Source: an uncultured Acidobacteriaceae bacterium (lineage in GTDB: Bacteria > Acidobacteriota > Terriglobia > Terriglobales > Acidobacteriaceae). Taken from it: DNA of 64,000 nucleotides. This document shows positions 20,828-31,900 of the stretch, one piece after another (position 1 is the stretch's first letter; the number at the start of each line of letters is the position of its first letter). The stretch spans positions 83,255 to 147,254 of the forward strand of contig CAWJLD010000006.1 in the NCBI GenBank assembly GCA_963843655.1. Direction: 5' to 3'. The notes beneath the pieces were generated by a model. It was given only the letters and a program-made list of their open reading frames with translations, ran no database searches and was not told the origin of the DNA. A program made the translations under genes and the position numbers.

Positions 20828-22111
20828 TTGTTCCTCCTGTTCGACCTTAATGGCCAAAGCAAGCCAGAGCTTCCTCGAATCACCAGGCATAATTTGCGCA
20901 TCGTCCTTCTGAATCAATTCTTCTGGCCGGATGCTGTGGCCACCAGTCAGATCCTTTCGGATGTGGCGCACGATCTTGCAGTGAATCACGATGTGATAGC
21001 GATTTGCGCCGAGTCTGGCGCGACTATCGAAAACGAAGAATCGGATCTCGGACAGCATGTTTCGATCATTCGAACGAAGAGCGCGAGTTTTGGGCATCGC
21101 AGTTCCAAGCGACTGCTATCCTACATCTCCTATCTTGTTGGTTCCGTATGGCATGGACTGCGAATTTCCGAGCCCGATCAATTTCTCACTCTCACGACTC
21201 CTCCGGTGCTACCCGTCATTGGTTCTATCCTTAGCACTCTTCGTGGAGCACGCCATGTCATTTGGGAAATGGATGTCTATCCCGACATTGCAACCGACAT
21301 TGGCTTTCTGAAGAAGGGTGGCATTGTAGCTTTCCTGAGTGGCAAATTACTCGATTGGTCGCGCCGCCGTGCAGCATCCATCATCGTTCTGGGAGACGAC
21401 ATGAAGATGCGGCTCCTGGCACGCGGCATCCCAGCAGACAAGATCAGGGTGGTTGAGAATTGGGCGGACGGCAATGAGATTCAACCTGCGCCGTTCGCGC
21501 CTGGACCACTCGTCATCCATTACTCCGGTAATCTTGGCCTCGCCCATGAGATCGATACAATTCAAAAGCTTATCGAGCGCTTGATAAACCATCCCGACTT
21601 CCAGTTCACATTTGTGGGGGGTGGTCCTCGACGGCCAGCACTGGTACAATGGTGTCAGGAAAAAGGAATCCGAAATGTGGAATTCCGTTCCTACTGCAAG
21701 CGGTCAGATTTGTCGAGAAGCCTCGGAGAAGGCCACCTTGGTCTAGTCACTCAGCTTCTTCATTCCCTTGGTTCTGTTGTCCCCAGCAAGATTTACGGAA
21801 TCATGGCCGCCGGACGTCCCCTGCTCTACATTGGCCCTGACGAATCCACCCCGGCGCGTCACATCCAACGTTTTCAGTGTGGATGGCATATCCAACCTGG
21901 CGACGTAGATGGACTGGAATCGCTCCTGATCAGCTTGCATGAGAACCGTCAACTTCTGATTGAGGCTGGACGCCGGGCTCGAACCGCATTCGAACAACAC
22001 TTTGATCGAGCCATTGGAGTCGAGCGAATTCGCGAGGTAATTGCCGGGCACTCTCTCAGTCAGCCACTTCAACCAATTTCTGCATCTAACGAATCGGTCA
22101 TAGGAGACTAA
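20828..22111 (+). CDS. Glycosyltransferase family 4 (WcaI/WbuB-like)
   Basis: LNQFFWPD, MDVYPD, YSGNLG, VPSKIYGIMAAGRP. Confidence 0.9.
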   Translation: MFLLFDLNGQSKPELPRITRHNLRIVLLNQFFWPDAVATSQILSDVAHDLAVNHDVIAICAESGATIENEESDLGQHVSIIRTKSASFGHRSSKRLLSYISYLVGSVWHGLRISEPDQFLTLTTPPVLPVIGSILSTLRGARHVIWEMDVYPDIATDIGFLKKGGIVAFLSGKLLDWSRRRAASIIVLGDDMKMRLLARGIPADKIRVVENWADGNEIQPAPFAPGPLVIHYSGNLGLAHEIDTIQKLIERLINHPDFQFTFVGGGPRRPALVQWCQEKGIRNVEFRSYCKRSDLSRSLGEGHLGLVTQLLHSLGSVVPSKIYGIMAAGRPLLYIGPDESTPARHIQRFQCGWHIQPGDVDGLESLLISLHENRQLLIEAGRRARTAFEQHFDRAIGVERIREVIAGHSLSQPLQPISASNESVIGD

Positions 22112-22113
22112 CC

Positions 22114-23535
22114 ATGTATTCCCTCCTCCTCCTCGGCTGTGCTTCGTTCGTGTTGACGCTCGTCTTTGTTCCCATCGTAAGAAATCTTGCGCTTCGATTC
22201 GGGTTGGTTGATCAGCCCGATGCCAATCGCAAGATCCACGTGGTGCCCATACCGCGATTGGGCGGCGTGGCAATCATGGCGGCTACGTTGTGTTCCTATG
22301 CCTTATTGCTCCTCTTCAGGATGAATGGCGAAGAGATTGTCCGGAATGGCATCCCGATGTTTGTCCGGCTGCTTCCTGCCGTTATTGTGATTTTTGGCAT
22401 CGGGCTCATTGATGACATCTTCAATCTGAACCCCTGGATTAAGCTCGCAGCGCAAATTGTTGCAGCCTGTCTGGCGTGGACTTCGGGATTTCGGTTGGAG
22501 GCTCTCGGTGGTCACTATTTCATTCCATCGATAAGCCTCCTGCTCACAGTTCTCTGGATCCTGGCATGCACCAATGCGGTGAATTTAATAGATGGAGTGG
22601 ACGGCCTTGCTGCCGGCGCCGGTCTCTTCGCCACGATTGCCATACTGATCGTTGCGTCGCTTCACGGCAATGTAGATCTCATCTTTGCCACCATCCCCCT
22701 TGCGGGAGCGCTGCTCGGCTTCCTGAGATATAACTTTAGCCCTGCGTCCATTTTTCTGGGCGATTGCGGCAGTCTCAGTATCGGCTTCCTGCTGGGCTGC
22801 TATGGAATTGCCTGGAGCGAAAAGCCCGCGACCGTGCTTGGCATGACCGCACCACTGTTAGCGCTGTCTGTTCCGCTGCTTGATGCAAGCATCTCAATCG
22901 CCCGCCGTTTTCTTCGTCAACAGCCTATCTTTGGCGCAGACCGGCTGCATATCCACCACAAGCTTCTATCTCGCGGCTTGACACCCCGGCGTGTTGTCCT
23001 TCTTCTCTACGGCTTTTGCGCAATTGCTGCAGCAGCTTCGCTGCTGATGTCCGAACTTCATCCGCGCTACCAGGGTGTCGTCATCTTGCTTGTGTGCCTG
23101 ATTATCGGCATTGGACTGCAATACCTCGGCTACAACGAGTTCGGCATTGCCGGCAGGCTCGCATTGTTCGGCGGGTTTCGGCGCATGGTTACTGCGGAAA
23201 TTGTACTTAACTCATTCGAACAGGACCTCAATAACGCAGATTCTCTAGAGCGATGCTGGGAATTGTTGTGCAACACGTACCAGCAGTTTGGATTTTGCCA
23301 GGTTGAGTTGTATCTTAATGGATTGATACAGCACGGTGAAGATTCCGGCAGTTGGCGAGCACAGATTGACTTTCCCGGTTACGGTCACATGAGTTTATTA
23401 CGGAAGGCGGGTACAGGAAATCGTGGAGCTGCAGCATTACTTTTTATTGACTGCATCGACAGAGTATTCAGCCGGAAGCTTGAACAGCTAAACCAGGCCC
23501 CTTCCAGAGTACAGGTTTTTGCGAGCGCCGACTGA
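22114..23535 (+). CDS. wecA: WecA/MraY-family undecaprenyl-phosphate HexNAc-1-phosphate transferase
   Basis: RKIH..PIPRLGG, GLIDD, NAVNLIDGVDG, IFLGDCGS, DRLHIHH; GGAG ribosome-binding site. Confidence 0.92.
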   Translation: MYSLLLLGCASFVLTLVFVPIVRNLALRFGLVDQPDANRKIHVVPIPRLGGVAIMAATLCSYALLLLFRMNGEEIVRNGIPMFVRLLPAVIVIFGIGLIDDIFNLNPWIKLAAQIVAACLAWTSGFRLEALGGHYFIPSISLLLTVLWILACTNAVNLIDGVDGLAAGAGLFATIAILIVASLHGNVDLIFATIPLAGALLGFLRYNFSPASIFLGDCGSLSIGFLLGCYGIAWSEKPATVLGMTAPLLALSVPLLDASISIARRFLRQQPIFGADRLHIHHKLLSRGLTPRRVVLLLYGFCAIAAAASLLMSELHPRYQGVVILLVCLIIGIGLQYLGYNEFGIAGRLALFGGFRRMVTAEIVLNSFEQDLNNADSLERCWELLCNTYQQFGFCQVELYLNGLIQHGEDSGSWRAQIDFPGYGHMSLLRKAGTGNRGAAALLFIDCIDRVFSRKLEQLNQAPSRVQVFASAD

Positions 23536-23653
23536 ACTACAACTTTGCGTGATCAATTAGCTTCGGCAGGTGCAGATATTCGATTGAACTATTCGGACAC
23601 TTTAGGCCAAAGAGCGCACATGCAGTATTCGTTAAGCTGCCATTGGCAACTAT

Positions 23654-24520
23654 CTAACGGGTCGAAAGCCACCATCCATCCCCGGCGCACCAGCAGCTTT
23701 CGTCTGGACCCTCATTCCTGTGGAGCGATCTCACCGCTTCCCACTTCCCTCTCCTGAATGCTGCTTCCAATTCCCTTGCTGCCCGTGGGTCCTGCGCGCC
23801 CGCGCAAGCCACAAACTGCACGCCGCAAAGAAAGCGCGCTGAATACGACTGCTCAGATTGCTTAACCACGAGCAGCATCTGGCCGCCCAGCCCCTCGGGC
23901 TCCAGCGGAAATAGCAACCTCCCGCCACAATGAAGCGCGTCGAGCCAGATGCTCAACGGTTCCGCGCACGCCGCACTCACATAAATCACATCACAATCAG
24001 GCAACGGGCCTTCTGCGCCTGAACGCACATGCACTGCCACCTGCGGATAACATGCCAGTGCAGTTGCGGCTTGCTGCGCAAGGTCCGCCTCAATCTCGTA
24101 GGCATCCAAGTACCCTCTTTCACCAATCAGCTTCGCCAGGATCGCCGTGAAATATCCAGTGCCGGCTCCTACATGAATGGCGCGTTCTCCCTTCTGCGGC
24201 GCAAGAGCACCCAGGCACAATGCATGCAAACTGGGCTGCCCATTATTCAGGCCTTTGCTGCTGTTCAATGTCACCAGGACATCCTTATAAAGGGCTGCCG
24301 GATCGGCGGACATCTCTTCCGATCGTCCTTCCAGCGAAAAGACCCTCCACGGTGGCGGGCCCACAAGCTTTTCGCGCGGAACAGTTTCGAAGGCAGCCAC
24401 AATCTCCTTGCCGATCCCACTCTCCCGATCAATTCCAGCGATCATAGCGATACGTTGCGCATAGTCACGCCGAACGTCCTCGATCTGAATGCCTTTATCA
24501 CACTTCATCCAGGAAAACAT
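23654..24520 (-). CDS. pcm: Protein-L-isoaspartate O-methyltransferase family protein
   Basis: AFETVPRE, NNGQPSLH, HVGAGTGYFTAILA, GGRLLFP. Confidence 0.82.
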   Translation of the reverse strand: MFSWMKCDKGIQIEDVRRDYAQRIAMIAGIDRESGIGKEIVAAFETVPREKLVGPPPWRVFSLEGRSEEMSADPAALYKDVLVTLNSSKGLNNGQPSLHALCLGALAPQKGERAIHVGAGTGYFTAILAKLIGERGYLDAYEIEADLAQQAATALACYPQVAVHVRSGAEGPLPDCDVIYVSAACAEPLSIWLDALHCGGRLLFPLEPEGLGGQMLLVVKQSEQSYSARFLCGVQFVACAGAQDPRAARELEAAFRRGKWEAVRSLHRNEGPDESCWCAGDGWWLSTR

Positions 24521-24743
24521 GAGTTCAACCTCTTAAGACATCGGAGCCGGCTCTTTATGCGTCCGGATTTTTAGAGGCAACTCCTAAGTCTCCAGCCGGA
24601 CGCATGCGCCTAGCCTCTATTGTCCTGCTTTCCTGCGAGGACGGTACCCCGATTTCATACAGATACCAATGTGCTGTAGCTCACATCCAACTGCCGCGAT
24701 CTGCATAGAACATAGGTTTACCAACGATATAAGGGAGAGAACC

Positions 24744-25847
24744 ATGCATTTCTCACGCAGAGACTTTGTCCAGCTAGTTGGCACGACCGCACTATTGCCA
24801 TCGCGCTTTCTGAAGGCGCAGTCCTCCTGGAATCCTGAAACGCTGGGGCCCTCCAACACCGTCGCCCCCGCCCAAGTTGCGCTCGTCAAGGGCGAGGACA
24901 GGCGTAAGAACGTTTATGAGGCGCTGGTCAGCATCGATGACCAAATTCTGCCCATGCTGAAACGCAAAAAACGCGTCGTCATCAAGCCAAACTGCGTCAG
25001 CGACAGCTACCAGCTTGCCGCCACCCATGTTGATGCTCTCTCCGGCATACTGGATTACCTTGCACCGCGCTTCCGTGGGCCGGTCATCATAGCCGAATCC
25101 TCTGCCGGTGATTCGTTGGAAGCATTTGAGCATTTCAAGTACAGTCAGCTCGAGAAAGAGCGTAAGTCCCAAAAGGTCAGCCTGGTCGATCTCAATCGAG
25201 ACGGCAAATATGAAGTGACTTCAGTCCTGGACAACAATCTGCATCCGGTCCCTGTACGCCTAGCCGCTGCACTCGTCGATTCGGACGCCTTCATCATCAG
25301 CTCGGCGATGCTCAAGACGCACAATAGCGTCGTGGCAACCATGGCCACCAAGAACATGGTTCTCGGCGCGCCGCTGCACAGCCCCACTCTCAAATCCGGG
25401 TGGAGCGACAAGCGCAAGTTTCACTTCAGTGTCCGCCACACCCACTACAACATGCTGCTCACAGCACAGAAACTTCAGCCGTATTGGGGAGTGGCCGTCA
25501 TTGACGGATTTGAAGGAATGGAAGGTAAGGGCCCTGCCTGGGGCACCCCCGTGCAATCAAAGATCGCTATTGCCTCCACCGACTTTATTGCCGCGGACCG
25601 CGTCGGAGTTGAGGCCATGGGAATCAACCCTGACTGGGTTGGATACCTGCGCTATTGTTCCCAGGTTGGACTCGGGCAATATGACCTGGCAAAGATCAAC
25701 ATCATTGGTCCAAGCATCGCCTCGGTGGCAAAGAAGTATCAACTCCATCCCGATATCGACAAGGAATTGAAATGGATGGAGCCTCTTCAGCAAAGCTCAC
25801 CTGCTCTTGGACTGATCCCAATACCCACAAGCGCTGAACGAGTCTAG
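24744..25847 (+). CDS. Tat-exported DUF362-domain protein
   Basis: SRRDF twin-arginine signal at ATG 24744 (GGAG RBS); VVIKPN, LKTH, KNM, IDGFEGMEG, DFIAAD. Confidence 0.82.
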   Translation: MHFSRRDFVQLVGTTALLPSRFLKAQSSWNPETLGPSNTVAPAQVALVKGEDRRKNVYEALVSIDDQILPMLKRKKRVVIKPNCVSDSYQLAATHVDALSGILDYLAPRFRGPVIIAESSAGDSLEAFEHFKYSQLEKERKSQKVSLVDLNRDGKYEVTSVLDNNLHPVPVRLAAALVDSDAFIISSAMLKTHNSVVATMATKNMVLGAPLHSPTLKSGWSDKRKFHFSVRHTHYNMLLTAQKLQPYWGVAVIDGFEGMEGKGPAWGTPVQSKIAIASTDFIAADRVGVEAMGINPDWVGYLRYCSQVGLGQYDLAKINIIGPSIASVAKKYQLHPDIDKELKWMEPLQQSSPALGLIPIPTSAERV

Positions 25848-25865
25848 CATCTTCATCCCAAAACC

Positions 25866-25899
25866 AGAGCCCGCGGACAAAATCCGCGGGCTCTTTCTT
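25866..25899. terminator. Intrinsic terminator hairpin between convergent genes
   Basis: Perfect 12-bp stem AGAGCCCGCGGA-caaaa-TCCGCGGGCTCT followed by TTCTT. Confidence 0.8.
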
Positions 25900-25927
25900 G
25901 CTCAAAACACCTGATTGCCACTTGCAC

Positions 25928-26674
25928 TTATGCAATCGAATACTTTCCTTCACCAATATCTTCGGCAGCCTGCGCGATGCTTTCCGGACGGCCCAGATCG
26001 CGCCAGTAAAACTCGTCAGCGCGGAATGCCAGAACCTTTTCACCGCGGGCTGCAAGTTCGAGGTAAGCCGTCACGATTGGAAAAACTTCCTCCGATCCCA
26101 ACATTGAAAAGATGCGCGGCGAAATCACGTGCACGCCCGAGAACGCCAGCGCACCAGTCCTATCTGCACCGCGAACCATCTCTGAAATCCCATCCCGGCC
26201 CGACCTCCGGCCGCAAAGCTGCGATTCCTTGTCAAAAAGCAGATAGCGAGATGTCTCTCGCTGCTGAACCGCAAGTGTTGCGAGCGCACCACTGTCAATG
26301 TGGAACTGCACCATCCTGCCAAGATCGATGGTGCTCAACACGTCCACGTTATGGAGGATGAACGGTTCATCGCTTTGCGAACCGCCCAGAAAATACGCGG
26401 CCTTCTTCAGGCCGCCCCCGGTATCGAGCAAAACGCCCTCGCGGGAAATCTGCACGTTCATTCCGAAATTGTCGTTGGCCTTCAGGCATTCCATGACCTT
26501 ATCGGCAAAGTGGTGAACATTCACAATCACATCGCGAATGCCGAACCCTCGCAACCTATTGAGAGTGATCTCCAGCAGAGTGTGGCCCGCAACCTCCACC
26601 AGCGCCTTGGGGCGGTCATTCGTCAGCGGCCTTAGTCGCGTGCCGAGGCCGGCAGCCAAAATCATTGCTTTCAT
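25928..26674 (-). CDS. murU: MurU-like nucleotidyltransferase (MurNAc-1-P uridylyltransferase)
   Basis: MKAMILAAGLGTRLRPLT..PKAL, LDTGGG, WRDLGRP; coupled to the AmgK-like kinase gene. Confidence 0.78.
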   Translation of the reverse strand: MKAMILAAGLGTRLRPLTNDRPKALVEVAGHTLLEITLNRLRGFGIRDVIVNVHHFADKVMECLKANDNFGMNVQISREGVLLDTGGGLKKAAYFLGGSQSDEPFILHNVDVLSTIDLGRMVQFHIDSGALATLAVQQRETSRYLLFDKESQLCGRRSGRDGISEMVRGADRTGALAFSGVHVISPRIFSMLGSEEVFPIVTAYLELAARGEKVLAFRADEFYWRDLGRPESIAQAAEDIGEGKYSIA

Positions 26675-28098
26675 TTGCCCATCTTCTCAAGCGAGAGATG
26701 CCGAATCACTACCTTAACTCCGTCGGTTCCCTGCAAATGCTTTGCCAGCGACTCGGCAAGGTACACAGAACGATGCTGTCCTCCTGTACAACCGAACGAC
26801 ACCATCAGATTCGTAAAACCGCGCTTCTTATAGGTGCTTACGCTTTCATCCACAAGCGAGCGGATGCTCGCAAGGTAAAGGTGAACCTCTTCACGTTGAT
26901 TCAGATAGTCGATTACCGGTGCGTCTTTACCCGTCAGTTGTTTGTACTGCTCTTGGCGGCCGGGATTAGGCAGACTGCGAGCATCGAACACAAACCCGCC
27001 ACCGTTGCCCGACTCATCCACGGGCTTTTCGCCGTGGAACGAGAAGCTAAAGATTTGCACCGTCAGGCTGCCGGCGCCGGCGGATACGCTGCGCAACTTC
27101 TCAGAATCCGACATCCGGCGAAACGCGTCCATCAATGCGGGCAACTCGATGGGTAGCTTCACATTTTCAGCCAGCCGGCTCAGGTTCTGCAATGCATAAG
27201 GAACACTCTGTAGAAAGTGCGCCTTGCGCTCGTAAAATCCTCTGAAGCCGTATGCTCCCAGCGCCTGCATGATGCGGATGTACACATACGCGTAGTAGTG
27301 CTCCATAAATGCGTCGCGTTTAATATCGACATACTTCGCCAGGCATTCAAGATAGTGGCTCAGTAGCTCGTCGCGCAGTGCTGGCGGCAAATCGGCCTTG
27401 CCATCGAATAGAAGCGAGGCAATGTCGTACTGCAACGCCCCTTTACGGCCGCCCTGATAATCAAGGAAGTACGGCTGGCCGCCTTGCAGCATCACGTTGC
27501 GCGACTGGAAATCTCTATACAGGAAATAATCGTGATCGGCGCTGAGCAGGAACTTCGTCAGCCGTCCGAAATCGTGCTCAAGAGCCTGCTCATTGAACGG
27601 AACCCCGGAGAGCCGGAGAAAGTAGTACTTGAAGTAGTTCAGGTCCCAGGTGATGGACTGCCGGTCAAAGCTGGAGCGTGGATAGCAGACCTTGTAGTTC
27701 AAGTCGCGCCCCGCCTCCACCTGGAAGCGGGGCAGCTCAGCGACAACCTTGCGGTAGGCTTCAACTACTTCCGGCTGAATTGAATCGCCCGCGCGATTGC
27801 TGCTCAGGAATTCGAACAGCGTAGTATCGCCCAGATCTTCCTCAAGGTATGCACCCTCGCTCAAATCTTCCGCATAGATCTCCGGTACCGGCAACCCGTT
27901 CCGCCGGAAATGCCTGCTGAACTCCAGAAAGGCGACATTCTCTTCGCGGACGGAATACACCACCCCTATAGCGCGAACACCGCCACTGCTCACGCGAACA
28001 ATCGCGCGCCCCGAGCCGCCAAGTTTTCCCTGCAGCGGATCGAGCCGCTCAGGAAATACGTTGAATCGTTGTTTGAAGAGTCTCTTTAGAACTTCCAT
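26671..28098 (-). CDS. amgK: AmgK-like anomeric amino-sugar kinase (APH fold) fused to a RapZ C-terminal domain
   Basis: EDLGD, LYRDFQSRNVM, LDYQG...YDIASLL kinase motifs; C-terminal SFSF..FVFDARSLPNP..GCTGGQHRSV. Confidence 0.78.
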   Translation of the reverse strand: MEVLKRLFKQRFNVFPERLDPLQGKLGGSGRAIVRVSSGGVRAIGVVYSVREENVAFLEFSRHFRRNGLPVPEIYAEDLSEGAYLEEDLGDTTLFEFLSSNRAGDSIQPEVVEAYRKVVAELPRFQVEAGRDLNYKVCYPRSSFDRQSITWDLNYFKYYFLRLSGVPFNEQALEHDFGRLTKFLLSADHDYFLYRDFQSRNVMLQGGQPYFLDYQGGRKGALQYDIASLLFDGKADLPPALRDELLSHYLECLAKYVDIKRDAFMEHYYAYVYIRIMQALGAYGFRGFYERKAHFLQSVPYALQNLSRLAENVKLPIELPALMDAFRRMSDSEKLRSVSAGAGSLTVQIFSFSFHGEKPVDESGNGGGFVFDARSLPNPGRQEQYKQLTGKDAPVIDYLNQREEVHLYLASIRSLVDESVSTYKKRGFTNLMVSFGCTGGQHRSVYLAESLAKHLQGTDGVKVVIRHLSLEKMGK

Positions 28099-28972
28099 GC
28101 ACGCCTTAAGAATTCAAACGAAATATGATGAGCGTCTTCGCCGTTTGGGAACACCGACGTCCGTTTCTATGACGCCGGCTGCAGCCGAACTACAACGCAA
28201 TCCACTGGAGGAACCGGGATCAGCGGCGGGGTCTCAATCGGCTCCCACACGCTTTCACGCATAGACCCCAGAATACGCCGCGCAATCCGCGATATGTAAG
28301 TATCGCATATTCATAGGCTTGCACAACCAGATGCTCGATGCCTGCGGGCAGGCTGCGGTTGAGCAAGCTTTAGAATCATCAAAAGAATTCAACGCGAAAA
28401 ATGCGTCCATTCTCATCACACCTTCTGTACGGCCTGGTATGTGCCCTCTGACCTACCCTATTCTTCTCAGCCATTTGTAGTTGGAGTTTCTCGATTCAGG
28501 TTTGAGGGCGAGTATATCTAGCCGCGGTCGTAGTCGGGGCTGTGGGCCCCGCAGCAAATCTTTATCAATTCCTTATACGATGCGTGTCATCCTCCAGCTG
28601 ACTACCTGAAGTGTTTTTAGATTCCAAGGCAAGCTGTGCGGCCATGATCGGACCTTTCCCCTGCCGAGTAACCGCTTGTTTTGATCTCGAAGGGCCGACA
28701 GTATGGCTACCCTGCCAAGCGCTGTCTCCACTGCAGGTGTTGTTCCTCTGTTAACGCAATTCCCGGATCCCGCTTTGGGGTTCATCGTTGAACTCTTAGG
28801 TGCTTTGAAAGAAATGCCCAAGAATCTGGAAAGATGATCTTCTCCGGAGCTCGCAAGAAGCTCCTTGTTCCTATCCGTATTCGCTTCTCATCTTCGGAGA
28901 CATCGCTCAAACGGAATAGTACCTAGTCCCACGTCGGACCTTCTCAAAAACAAAAATCAATTTGGAGGCATT

Positions 28973-31900
28973 ATGCGACTCTGCGTGGGGTTATTGTCTC
29001 TCTCCTTAAGTGGCCCGTCCCAATCCGGAAATTGCAAATTTCAATCCATCTCCGGACGCAACATGGGGCGTTTAAGCAAATTGCTGATGTTTCTGTTGCT
29101 CCTGTTCGTCACCGCAATTGGATACTCGCAAAGTTCTTTCCGCGGCAGCATGGTAGGCATCATTACAGATTCCGGTGGTGCCTCTATTCCCGGAGCACAA
29201 ATTACGGCAAGAAGCGCGGCAACGGGCCTCGTTTACAACTCGGTTTCGTCCGACGCAGGAAATTACACCATCCCCAACCTGCCGATTGGCGACTACAACG
29301 TTTCCGTGGCATTTCCGGGATTCAAAACCACAGAGATCAAACTAGTCCGTATCTCTGCCGGAGCCACCTTCAGCTTACCCATCACGATGGAAATTGCGGC
29401 AACGGCCGAGACTGTTGAAGTGGATGCGGCCGCGGTGAGTCTGGACACAACCACTCAGGTGCGCACCTACACGCTTCCTACTGAAGAAGTAACAAACATC
29501 CCGATCAACGGCCGCAGCTTTACCGCTATGACCTCGTTGCTGCCCGGCAACACGACCGGTACCACGCGGTACCTGATCGACGGAGTCGATAACAACGACG
29601 TATACAGCAATAGCGTCGGCACCAATCAGGGTGGCGTCGGCGGGGTTCCCGGCACTCTGCTCCCTCTCGATTCGGTCGAAGAATACTCGGCGGTAGTACA
29701 GGGCGGTGCCGAGAACGGTGGATACTCCGGCACCGTGGTTAATTTGGGCATCAAGTCGGGGACCAACCGTATCCACGGAACCCTCTACCACTACAATCGC
29801 AACGAGTTTTTCGCAGTCGAAGGACCGTTTGCCCAGTACGCGCATGTCCGAAAGCCTGCCATCCGCTTCATGGAGACCGGCGGATCCGTAGGCGGCCCAA
29901 TCATCAGAGACAAGATCTTCTACTTCCTCAACTACGAGCGTCAGCAATATGTGCTCTCGCAAGGCACCTCCTCGCAGACTGAACCTTCGGCTGCCTATGT
30001 CGACAAGGCGCTTGCCTTGCTCGCGCTTGGAGGCGTGACTCCTTCCTCAAATCCCGCAATCACCATGGGCCAAAACCTGATCACGACCCTTTGGCAACCC
30101 GACATGTTGACAGGTACCGCAACACCGGGCAACTGGACGCCTCCGCCGAGCGCGGCGCAGCACGGCTACAGCAACAACGTAATGATGAAATTCGACCAGA
30201 AGATCAGCTCGGCGAACAATCTGTCGGAGCGCTGGTATTGGGGCGAAGGCAAACAGACGGCGCCGCTCAGCACCAGCCAGAATCCCTGGTACTACCAGGT
30301 GGCGGGTGAACGCGTTGACAATATCGGAGTCACCCTTAATAGCCAGTTGAGCTCCCGATCCTCTAACCAGCTTCTGTTGGGCGTGGACTACTTCAATCAG
30401 CCCTTCAGCGATGCAAAGCCCAATGATGGTGCGCCGGGCGTCGGCTTCATCGCCGGCGTGGGGCCTGGCAATACCTATGGCCAGCCGGGTCTTGCGATTT
30501 CCGGGTTCGATGGTACAGGCGGTACCTCGGTGCAAATTCGCAACGACTACAGCGGACATGTTACCGACACTTACTCGATTGTCATGGGCAAACATCAAAT
30601 CCGGACAGGCGCAGAATTTCGGCGTCTGGAGATTGTCGAAGTGAATACGGGCAGAGGCAGCAGCAGCATCTATACACGAGGCACATTCAGCTTCAACGGC
30701 AACCGCGGATACAACGCGCCCAGCGGCGGTGTCGGCACTTCTTATCCGACCGTGTGGCCCACAGGCAGCGCGTACAGCGGTAACGTCGACTCTCAAACCA
30801 GAGCGCTCGCTGACTTCTTGCAGGGCGAAGGCAGTTCAGCAACTCTTTATAACGGCAACCTTGACCGCACGGCGTACTCAAACAACTTCGACTTGTTTTT
30901 TCAAGACAGCTTGCAGCTTACGCACACTTTCAACATCAACTACGGCCTTCGCTGGGATTACCTGTCTCCGATCACCTCCGATAATCAGGACCTGTCGACC
31001 TTCATGCCCGGCACTGCTGCAAGCTCCCTCGCACTCACTGGAGGCCTTGCAGTGGTCGGCAAAGACATTTCCCAGGCATATAAGCCTTCCGCGTTGCAGT
31101 TTGCTCCACGTCTTGGCTTTTCATGGCAACCAACCATCCTGCCGGCAATCACCAACGGATTGGTCATCCGCGCCGCCGCTGGCCTGTACTTTGATCAGCC
31201 TGGTCCGGGCACATGGCTTTACGCCACCAGCCTCGCAGGCAATCCAGCCGGCACCAGGCCGCTCTATAACGAACAGCTTACCAATGAGAACATCGTGCCC
31301 TATGTCGCGATCTTTCCGTCCAACGCAGCAGCAAGTATCCCGAACAACGGCGCAGGCGGTGAGTGCGTAGGCGTGACGACTGCCACCTGCCCGAACCTGA
31401 GCATCGCGGCAGTCGATCCAAACTTCTCCACTGGCAACACAACAAATCTCTCCGCCAGTGTTCAAAAATCACTCGGTAGCTCCGCCATCATTGAGGTGAG
31501 TTATGTGGGTGCTTTTGGACGTCACCTGGCTAACTCGATTGATCTCAATCAGACCACTTACGGGGCAACGACAAACCCCGCTGTCTCGAACGGGTTTCTC
31601 TACCAGCAGGCTCAACGGCCGTACTTTAGCCAATATCCCAACTTCGCAAAGATTACCCAGGCGGCGAGCTTTGGAAGGTCAAACTCAAATGCCTTCCAGG
31701 CGTACATCCGAGCGAGAAACTGGCATGGACTCATCTCCGAGATTTCCTATGCACTTTCGACCAGCTATGGCACGCCCAAGGCCGGCTCCATTGAAGATTA
31801 CAACAATCCTTCAATGGACTATGGATCTCTTGCCGTCATTACCAATCAGGTTAAGGGCTACTGGACTTACACGGTTCCCAGTCTCAAGGTTGGTCCGGAA

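Noticed and set aside
28100-28960. Long intergenic region before the receptor as a riboswitch or island boundary
   Set aside because: Only short hairpins and AT-rich tracts; no cobalamin/TPP signature, att repeat or convincing ORF
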